From NCBI GenBank assembly GCA_030141605.1, contig JAQGDQ010001955.1, positions 1-19,349 on the forward strand: a DNA stretch of 19,349 nucleotides, written 5' to 3'. Within the stretch, counting starts at the first letter, position 1; each line of letters begins with the position of its first letter. Below are positions 11,801 through 19,349 of this stretch, piece after piece. A program made the translations under genes and the position numbers. Source of the stretch: Tubiluchus corallicola. Its lineage: Eukaryota > Animalia > Priapulida. Under the pieces are notes generated by a model. It was given only the letters and a program-made list of their open reading frames with translations. It had not been told where the DNA came from and made no database searches.

Positions 11801-14756
11801 TAATTTGCTTGGCGTGTTTTGCAGGTTTCGAGAGCACTCTTTTGCTATTCAAGGGGACATTCGGAAGATGTACAACTCAGTTGAAATGGATGTCAATGAT
11901 CAGCACTGTCACAGATTTCTTTGGCGGGATTGTGATGAAAATAGGGCACCAGATGTATACATCATTACTGTTGTAAATATTGGCGACCGTCCGGCGGGAG
12001 CGATTGCCACTGAAGCATTGTATATGACTGCTGAAATGTTCCAAAGCTCACATCCTCAGGCAGCAAAGGTCATAAAAGAGTCAACATATGTTGATGATAT
12101 TCTAGAGTCTTGTGAAGGAAGAGAAAGGGGCCTCGGACTAGCAAAGGAGGTGGAAGATATTTTGAAAAGAGGGAATTTTAAAGTGAAGTGTTGGCGTTTT
12201 TCTCGTGAAGCAACTACAGAAGAAAATTCTCCGGTTAAAGTGATTGCAAATTCAGAAGAGGAAGGTCGAGTGTTGGGAGTTGTGTGGGACTCAGTGGTGG
12301 ACAAATTCAAATTTCATGCAAAGATCAATTTCTCAAGACGGAGGAGGAAAGTACGAACAGGTACAGACATATGTCGCGAGGAGTTAGCCAGAGAAATGCC
12401 ACCAATTTTGACAAGACGGATGGTCATGAGCCAAGTCATGTCACTGTTTGACCCATGTGGCTTTCTTACTCCAGTCACCATGAAGAGTAAGATACTGCTA
12501 AGGGAAACTTGGGTTAAGAAACTTGGCTGGGATGATGCATTGCCATTGGATCTGCGGGAGAAGTTTTTTGAATTTTTTCAAGAACTCTATGATGTTCAGA
12601 GTTTATCATTCCCAAGATGCTTGCAGCCAAGAGAAACTGTTGGTGATCCGATGCTGATCATACTTTCAGATGCTAGTGAGACAGGATTTGGTGCTGTCGC
12701 CTATGCTCATTGGGAATTAACTGATGGAGGTAGTAAGAGTCAGCTTATAATGGCAAAGGGTAAAATTGCTCCGCTGAAGCACATCACGATTCCAAGACTT
12801 GAACTAAATGGTGCGCTAGTGGGCAAACGAATAAGGAAATTCATTGAAAGTGAAATGCGGTACAATTTCACAGAGGTTTTGCATCTCATTGACTCGAAAA
12901 CAGTTTTGGGGATGCTACAAAAAACAAGCAGTAGATTCGATCGCTATGTGGGAGTGCGTGTTGGAGAAATACAATCTGCATCTAAACTTTCAGAAGACGG
13001 GAAACTTGATGAGTGGATGTGGATCGATGGATCTCATAATATTGCAGACTGGGTGACACGTGGAAAGAAGCCATCAGATTTAGCAAGTGATGAATGGGTA
13101 AATGGACCACATTTTCTGAGTTTACCAAGGAGTGAATGGCCTGTATCACCTGCTTCAGTCAGTGAGGATGAACTATCAGATATCGCAGCAGTTGGACTAG
13201 TTTCTGTCAAGGAGAACGAGTCAGTATTTGATGTATCTCGGTTTAGCAAAGTTAATAGGCTACTTCGTTCAGTCGCAAGAGTGTTGCAAATAGTGAAACC
13301 GTGTGGTGATGGGAAACGCCATTTTTCCAGTGGTTCAGTAATGGTAACAGCTGAGATGTTGGAGGCAGCCAGGAGACGTGTCATCAAAGAAGCTCAGGAC
13401 ACAGTTGAGGAAGAGTTAGAGAAATCGGCACCAGATAAAGATGGTAAACCCACTGGTAGATTTACAAGGTTAGCACCAACGAAGAACAGTGACGGATTTT
13501 GGGTGGTTGGCAGTAGAATGCAGTGTTATGTCATTTTCACGTGGGACAACCAGCTACCTATTATTTTGCCATATGGACATCCATTGACACGACTTTTCAT
13601 GGACGAAGCTCATTCTCAAGGGCATCTTGGGGTGGCTGCAACTCTGGAAAAGTTTCGCAGGAAGTACTGGGTTCCTCGTGGAACGCAATTGGCCAAAAGT
13701 GTCAAGCACAGATGTACTACTTGTAGACGTGTTGATGTCAGAGCAGCGAAACAGCTAATGGGCCCTCTTCCAGAAGAAAAGCTTAAGCCAGCTCCACCTT
13801 GGACAAATACAGGAGTTGATTTGTTTGGCCCATTTAGGGTAAGAGGAGAGGTCAATAAGAGATCAGCTGGGAAAGCATATGGAGTTCTGTTCGTGTGTTT
13901 AATAACAAAGGCTGTCCACATAGAACTTGCGAACAGTTACTCCACTGGCAGCTTTCTTTCATGTCTCCGTCGGTTTGGTGCAATCAGAGGCTGGCCAACA
14001 AAGATGTTCAGTGATGGTGGGTCGCAGCTGAGAGCAGCAGGCAAAGAATTGTTGGAAATGCATCTTCAGCTAGCAGGAAAAGATGTGTCCACATTCAGTG
14101 CTTCAAATGGATTTGCTTGGGAGTTTAGCCCTGCACATGCTCCATGGTGGCAGGGGACAACAGAGAAGTTGATTCATACGGCAAAAAGGGCGATTTCACT
14201 GGCAGTAGGATGTGCACTCATGAGCTATTCCGAGTTACAAACTGTCCTTTACGAGGTGATGCAGCTAATAAACCAGCGACCTCTTCATGTACATATTTCA
14301 GAGGAGAAGCATTTCAAGGCTTTGACACCGAATGATATGTTGCTTGGTCGCAGCTCTGTGAACATACCTCCAGGTCCGTGGAACTACAAGGCATCGTACA
14401 GAGATCGCTTTAGAGTAATTCAGGCAATTGTCGACACGTTTTGGCGCAGGTGGAGCAGAGACTGTGCACCAGCCATGGTAGTTCGTCAGAAGTGGCATCA
14501 TAGAGAGCGGAACATTCAAGTAGGAGATGTTGTGTTTGTTGCTGACACCAATACTCTGCGAGGAGAGTATCGCTTGGCAATGGTGGATGAGGTGTTTCCT
14601 GGATCAGATGGAAATGTTCGTCATTGCATCGTCAAATACAAAAACATCAAACCAGATGAGGATGCTAGGAACTATGGTGGTGCGACATATACAAGGGTAA
14701 GACGGCCAGTTCAGCGGTTGGTTGTTCTTGTTCCTGCAGATGGTTGGGAGATTTAA
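8871..14756 (+). CDS. gag-pol: BEL/Pao Gag-Pol polyprotein, one frame interrupted by an in-frame TGA at 9693-9695
   Basis: ORFs 8871-9695 and 9705-14756 are in the same frame (SEF*AAILNEKL). Motifs: DUF1759 (IPGFRGGYSEWPTF); Zn knuckles at 10212-10493; protease FDSGS (10698); RT GDIRKMY and YVDD (12087-12098); RNase H SDAS, IPRLEL and NIADWVTRG; integrase HxxGH..CxxC, GVDLFGP, SDGG and PWWQGTTE; C-terminal FWRRW..RPVQRL. Confidence 0.93.
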
Positions 14757-14783
14757 AGGAGCACCGCGTTTTTTTTTCATCTT

Positions 14784-14788
14784 GGGGG
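14784..14788 (+). promoter_or_regulatory. Short polypurine tract (GGGGG) of element 1
   Basis: Lies immediately 5' of the TG that starts the 3' LTR at 14789, preceded by a T-run, as is typical for BEL elements. Confidence 0.7.
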
Positions 14789-15251
14789 TGTATTGTTTAG
14801 GAAACAATTTGATAATATATTTTTTGTTATACAGTTGTGTCATAATGAATGCTTTTTTTAGACTTGGAATTAACAGAAACTTGTAGTATCTTGGGGAGGT
14901 GCTGCCATCCTTTGGCTGTAAAATTAATTTACCTGTCTCTTAAACTGTTTACTGTACAATCTATTTACATACCATTTACTGGGTTTCAACTAAAGTTAAT
15001 GAGCTGTAACAGGAGTCCTGGCTATTGTATGTTGGTCAGTAGTAGTTCAGGTCTCATAGTCTGCTGGTGAATAGTGTAATTGGTGAGTTTCATAATGTAG
15101 TTTGTCAAGACTGCAATTTATGTTGAAACCTACCCCCCTCTACACCAGCTTCACTGCTTCATTTTTTTTACAATAAAGGAATCAACCTGTATCAAAGTGT
15201 TCATCATTTTTATTTGGTTACAACATGCAGGCAGACAAACTGGACAAAACA
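14789..15251 (+). repeat. 3' LTR of BEL element 1
   Basis: Matches the 5' LTR except for 15109-15207. Contains AATAAA at 15172-15177 and ends ACAAAACA. Confidence 0.9.
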
Positions 15252-15799
15252 TTCATAGCTATAGTGTATCGGTTGTGCAATTCTGGGTTCCTCTGCAGCC
15301 GTTTACGTAGACTTTCCAATCTAGATGAAGCCATTTGTAGCGTATCTGGTAAAACATCGTTCTCAGATTTAAATGGGATGTCCAACTGGTAATGCCCATG
15401 TGTTTTTGTGACTGAAGCCTCCCATATATCGAGAGCACGCATATCGTCTCTAGAGAATTGTCTGTCAGACTCGCTAGTTTCAATTTTCCAGAATTGTTCT
15501 ATTTGCTGCTGCAAGGAATTGGTTTCTCCATATGACAATGCATTGGCTTGGGTTAAATTACTACAAATGCGCCCTAAATTAGGAACGCCGCCTCCTATGG
15601 GTCCATTAAGGGTCCAGCCTAGCTTTGTCTTCACAGCATATGGCGTTAGTCTAGGACCTGTTCGTACCTCAAGAGGAATCAGCGCATCAGGAACATCCTG
15701 GCCGATCAAAAGTCCCAGTTCAGTTAGGTCTTCTGTATCTGTGAACGATAGGGGAAGTCCTTGCAAATGCGGCCATTGTTCTACATCCTTGCTAAAGGC
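15252..15799 (-). pseudogene. In-frame continuation of element 2 pol (end of protease and pre-RT linker) after a TAG, truncated
   Basis: The same frame continues past the TAG at 15800-15802 as AFSKDVEQWPHLQGLP... to ...NPELHNRYTIAMN, then runs into the reversed LTR of element 1. Confidence 0.85.
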
Positions 15800-18790
15800 C
15801 TAGCAGTCCTTTTCCAGTAACAATGCAGGCCTAACGAAGACATGAGGCAAAGCTATTTTATTGCCAGTGTTTACCCCAGTAACAGACATCTTCGTGATTA
15901 AAGTGTTTATCTTGGAATATTTCTCTTCTATAGTGGTTAAAGAGAGCGTTCGTTTTTGTCCAGTAGCCCCAAGTTTGTCGAACAATGCCTTTGTACAAAA
16001 AGTGTTAGTCGAGCCAGGGTCAAGTAGGGCTAAAGTACGCACGGGCATCTTCCCATCAACTTCAACCAAAACTGAGACAACAGGGAGAGCCGCTTTGCCG
16101 CCTTCCTTAATACTAGCACAACTGCTAGAAGCTTCTGGTTTACAATGTGTTGGCGCTTTTTCCTTCTTGCTTCCATCATTGTTTTTAGAAGGTGACATTT
16201 TCTCCAAGGCAGCATGCAGTAAATTTGAATGCTTACGTCTGCATCCTTCTACGTCGCATCCTGCTTTGAAGCATCGAGCAGCCCTGTGCTTTCCTTTAAT
16301 CAAACAATTGAAGCAAAGACCTTCTCTTCTGGCGGTTTTCAATCTATCAGTATCATTCATTGACTTAAATTTATTGCATAGCCTGAGTGAACGGTGTTCC
16401 GTAGAGTTACATAGAAAACAAGGCATCTCTAGGCGTTGAGAAGCCATTTTGCCACCACTTCCGGTTGTATTTCCGGGTTGTCGTTCACTGTTGCATTTCG
16501 TAATTGATGCAGTTTCCTGCGCTGAGCTGGCGAAATTCCTGGCTTTGGTGTCGCGTCTACCTTTTGGGCTCCTAGTAGACAGGCTAACGTTAATGTCGCC
16601 AAAGACCGGATGATTAATTTTGTCAGCTGCGTCCTTAATGAATTCGACTACATCAAATATCGTCGGATTCCTGTGCTCATATTTCAGAAGCCTGGCTACA
16701 ACATCCTTCCACCTATCCTGGAACTTGAATGGGAGTTTTTTAATTATTTGTAGCAAACTGCATTGAGTACTAATTTCGCAAACGTTGTTCATTATTTTCA
16801 AAGTTTCCACACAAGCCACAATCAAATCAGAAAATTCCTGTAACTTTCCCGGCTCATTTATCTTTATGGGCTCAAATTCAGCAATTCTGGAAAGCCAGGC
16901 CTGTGTGACAACAAATGGCGAGCCGAATCTTTCGGTTAAAAGCTGTTTAGCATGCCCATATGCAAAACGGGGGTCCATATAATTACAACTGTCAACAACT
17001 CTTTTAGCTTTACCAATGCAGAGTTGGGCTAACCTAGTGTACCTCGCTGCATCATCTTGGGTATAGTTCTCCACGCTGGCTTCGAAACGCTTGATAAAGC
17101 TCCAGAACTTCATTACGTCACCATCAAACGTTTCAAGCTGCACGTGTGGAAGCTGCATAGCATTGTACATATTTAAGTGTTGTCTTTGGCCTTCTAACAT
17201 GAGGTCCATAAAAACGTTCATGTCATTCTGACTAGCCCTACCGGAGAAATTCCTAGAATTATTTTGTATCCCGTTACCACAAGAAGCCTGAGGCGATGTA
17301 GCCGGAAGCGGAAGTTGCGTATTCCCTGGGACGAAGTCACGTGCAGAAATATTTAAAGTTTGTTCTACCTGGGGTGATTTAAATGCGGCATGGAAGAACG
17401 GCGTAGTTTGTTTAACGCTAGGTTCTAAACCTTCACTGGAAGAATTTTCGAAGAAGGGCTGTACATCAGATAAATAGATATTCCACCATCTACGAAGAAA
17501 ACCTGATTCATAGTCATCCGAAAAATTGACGTTTACATATTCAGTATAATCCCAGGGCTTCTTTCGGCCTAAAAAGTGCGCAACTTTAATCTTGCTACTG
17601 AACTGCTTCATTGCAGGAAGGTAACCGTAACGACCTTGGACGGCAGCATTATACACAAAAGGTAGGCGCTTGTCAAACTGTGAACTCCAGTTCGGAAAGG
17701 CTAAATTTAATAAACCCTGATCACCGCCATCGAATGAACAGGCCTCAGTTTGTGATAGTGACAACAATCTACTGTAAGTTTCCAAATTAGGCTGAAATAC
17801 AAACATTCCAGAATTAAAACAATCAGGCCACCCCACATCTGGGGCAGCCGCAAGCTCATCATAATTGAATAACTCATCAATATTATCTAATACTAAAGTA
17901 TCAGCATCTAAGTAAACGCACTTTGTAAACTGAGTCATAGCCCAGCAGTGCAATTTCGAGAATGTTACATTTAGCTCTGGCCTACCTAGCAAATGCAAGT
18001 TATCAAAATCACTACTCTTTAATAAATCAATCATTTGTACATAATCAAAAACATTACTAAGCTCTGCCATAACTCTGCTAGAAACAGTATGGGTGACCAA
18101 AATTGCTAGATGTCGAGTTGTACCAGTTCGACGCAAACTGTGTGCCAAGACAAGAGCTCCCTTAGCATAACTGTCGTTCATTGCCATGGTGAGATAGGCC
18201 TCCATAGACGTATGATGAACTGCAGGCTTGGTGTCTGATGACTGGGCTTTGGTGACGTCACGCACTCCTTGAAGCCAATCGGTAACCTTGTCCTTGGTTG
18301 ACATGGGTTTCCTAGCTAAAGTCTCGTCCTTGATTTCAGGCGAGGTGATGGTTGTACGCGACTTCTGACTGGTTGCACTGCTATGTGAAGTAACTTCACT
18401 CTCAAGTCTTAACTGTTTTAACTTCATTGCTTTTAATTTCAGCTCCTGTTCCTGAATCTTAATCTCATGCAACTTTACTTCCCTGGCACTTTTCTTCGAC
18501 CGTCTCGTAGATTTCAAATGACTAGCACCTGAAGATGCTTTGGAAGGGCTGCGCTCGCCAACTTGATGCTGCGCTGTCGCTGTAGCTGCGTCAGCATACG
18601 ACGACGTACCAGACGCTTCACATGACGTTACATTATATGAATGATCTGGTTTCTGCTGACTTGCTAAGAGTCTGTGAATTAGCTCTTCTTTACTACCAGA
18701 AACTGACAGTTGTTTGGCCCGCAGCATTTCTCGCAGCTGATCACGGGTAGTATTTTTTAATTTCTCCCTTGTTGTTTGGTCCGACATCAT
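15800..18790 (-). CDS. gag: BEL Gag-protease ORF: SAP domain, glycogenin GT8 domain, PAM2-like motif, DUF1759, Zn knuckles, aspartic protease
   Basis: A 996-aa uninterrupted ORF. SAP-like aa 11-45; glycogenin aa 196-445; LNISARDFVP aa 479-488; capsid-like region from ~17152; knuckles CFLC..H..C, CFNC..H..C and CDVEGC..H..LLH; protease DPG. Confidence 0.92.
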   Translation of the reverse strand: MMSDQTTREKLKNTTRDQLREMLRAKQLSVSGSKEELIHRLLASQQKPDHSYNVTSCEASGTSSYADAATATAQHQVGERSPSKASSGASHLKSTRRSKKSAREVKLHEIKIQEQELKLKAMKLKQLRLESEVTSHSSATSQKSRTTITSPEIKDETLARKPMSTKDKVTDWLQGVRDVTKAQSSDTKPAVHHTSMEAYLTMAMNDSYAKGALVLAHSLRRTGTTRHLAILVTHTVSSRVMAELSNVFDYVQMIDLLKSSDFDNLHLLGRPELNVTFSKLHCWAMTQFTKCVYLDADTLVLDNIDELFNYDELAAAPDVGWPDCFNSGMFVFQPNLETYSRLLSLSQTEACSFDGGDQGLLNLAFPNWSSQFDKRLPFVYNAAVQGRYGYLPAMKQFSSKIKVAHFLGRKKPWDYTEYVNVNFSDDYESGFLRRWWNIYLSDVQPFFENSSSEGLEPSVKQTTPFFHAAFKSPQVEQTLNISARDFVPGNTQLPLPATSPQASCGNGIQNNSRNFSGRASQNDMNVFMDLMLEGQRQHLNMYNAMQLPHVQLETFDGDVMKFWSFIKRFEASVENYTQDDAARYTRLAQLCIGKAKRVVDSCNYMDPRFAYGHAKQLLTERFGSPFVVTQAWLSRIAEFEPIKINEPGKLQEFSDLIVACVETLKIMNNVCEISTQCSLLQIIKKLPFKFQDRWKDVVARLLKYEHRNPTIFDVVEFIKDAADKINHPVFGDINVSLSTRSPKGRRDTKARNFASSAQETASITKCNSERQPGNTTGSGGKMASQRLEMPCFLCNSTEHRSLRLCNKFKSMNDTDRLKTARREGLCFNCLIKGKHRAARCFKAGCDVEGCRRKHSNLLHAALEKMSPSKNNDGSKKEKAPTHCKPEASSSCASIKEGGKAALPVVSVLVEVDGKMPVRTLALLDPGSTNTFCTKALFDKLGATGQKRTLSLTTIEEKYSKINTLITKMSVTGVNTGNKIALPHVFVRPALLLEKDC
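17456..18205 (-). CDS. GYG: Glycogenin (GT8) catalytic domain embedded in frame within Gag
   Basis: Colinear with glycogenin-1 as recalled: NDSYAKGALVL, RPELNVTFSKLHCW, CVYLDADTLVLDNIDELF, AAPDVGWPDCFNSG, SFDGGDQGLLN, LPFVYN, YGYLPA, VAHFLGRKKPW, WWNIY. Confidence 0.95.
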
Positions 18791-18908
18791 TTAGGTGTGT
18801 TCAACTTTAAACATGACCAAATAACTTCTCCTGTCTACAAAAGTCAATCTATGTACGCGAAACAGTAGCTAAACCGGAAGTAGGTCACAATCTGGGTCAT
18901 ATGTTGAC

Positions 18909-19349
18909 TGTATAAAAATGTCCACTCTGGATTGTCGAATGCCGATATAAAATTGCTTGGGCTTTACGGAGACAAACAAACAAAGTCATCATTCGCTCAG
19001 TGTAACTGTTTATTGTTTGTACTATTTTCATGGCACATGCCCCGTAGTCATATTTGCTTCATCCCAAAATATTACATTTTATCTGAAATAATATATAAAT
19101 TTCTTTAATAAACTGATTCATTTTTACCAAAACATCGAATATGATTAAATTAATGAGAAGCTTACAACAAAATAAAATAAATGACTAAATAAAATTTACG
19201 TACATCGTTGGCATTAATCATGAGTTCACACAGCTACGTCACCACATGTACACCTTGAAACCTAAATGACCGGAAACTCTGTAGGAAGCGACTATTGAGG
19301 CCAGGTGTCGCCACTTGTAACTTATAGCTATACTAAATTTGACAAACAA
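18909..19349 (-). repeat. Putative 5' LTR of element 2
   Basis: Upstream of the Gag ATG. It has AATAAA (19009-19014, - strand), an AT-rich intron-like GT..TTTCAG segment and a candidate CA end (TTTTATACA at 18909). There is no second copy in the window to confirm the boundaries. Confidence 0.35.

Larger units (their letters stand above)
8333..15251 (+). mobile_element. Near full-length BEL/Pao LTR retrotransposon (element 1)
   Basis: Two LTRs with TGTATTGT...ACAAAACA termini flank a single gag-pol frame in the BEL order Gag-PR-RT-RH-IN. A G-rich PPT precedes the 3' LTR. Confidence 0.95.
15252..19349 (-). mobile_element. 3'-truncated BEL/Pao LTR retrotransposon (element 2) carrying a glycogenin domain in Gag
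   Basis: DUF1759-type LETFDGD..FWSF, three BEL-type Cys/His knuckles, protease LLDPGS (16013-16021), then WPHL, LLIGQD, PYAVKTKLGWTLNGP, FWKIE, GHYQLDIPFK and RLESLRKRL. The sequence is cut before RT by the 3' LTR of element 1. Confidence 0.9.

Noticed and set aside
8393-15070. Duplicated 73-aa ORFs (8393-8614 and 14849-15070)
   Set aside because: They are the same LTR sequence seen twice and have no recognisable protein features.
8329-15259. 4-bp TSD TAGC (8329-8332 and 15256-15259) if the LTR ended at ...CATTCA
   Set aside because: The terminal inverted repeat TGTATTGT/ACAAAACA favours 15251 as the end. The right-hand bases read as element 2 codons (AMN), and the left flank does not continue element 2. 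Probably chance, though not fully excluded.
9761-16982. Many short antisense or alternate-frame ORFs overlapping the two gag-pol genes
   Set aside because: Shadow ORFs of long coding regions, with no motifs.
17456-18205. Independent host glycogenin gene merely adjacent to a transposon
   Set aside because: It is in frame with Gag sequence on both sides and has no introns, stop codon or C-terminal synthase-binding tail of its own.

Overview
AT-rich, intron-type animal (probably invertebrate) genomic DNA dominated by transposable elements. From left to right it holds: an inverted, near-identical duplicated exon of a DUF1647-like type II membrane protein (1-818); a decayed 5'-truncated LINE RT (~1490-2910, -); a small decayed integrase-type (IS3EU-like) fragment; a perfectly phased 28-bp minisatellite (4852-5879); a nearly intact BEL/Pao LTR retrotransposon on + (8333-15251) with one in-frame stop, partly non-homologous LTRs and no TSD; and, abutting its 3' LTR, the 5' part of a second BEL/Pao element on -. 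The standout feature is the Gag of this second element. It reads SAP domain - low-complexity/coiled coil - complete, intronless glycogenin (GT8) catalytic domain - PAM2-like motif - DUF1759 capsid - Zn knuckles - aspartic protease, all in one open frame. This is a retrotransposon Gag carrying a captured self-glucosylating enzyme. Family assignments come from motif recognition by eye; no searches were run.
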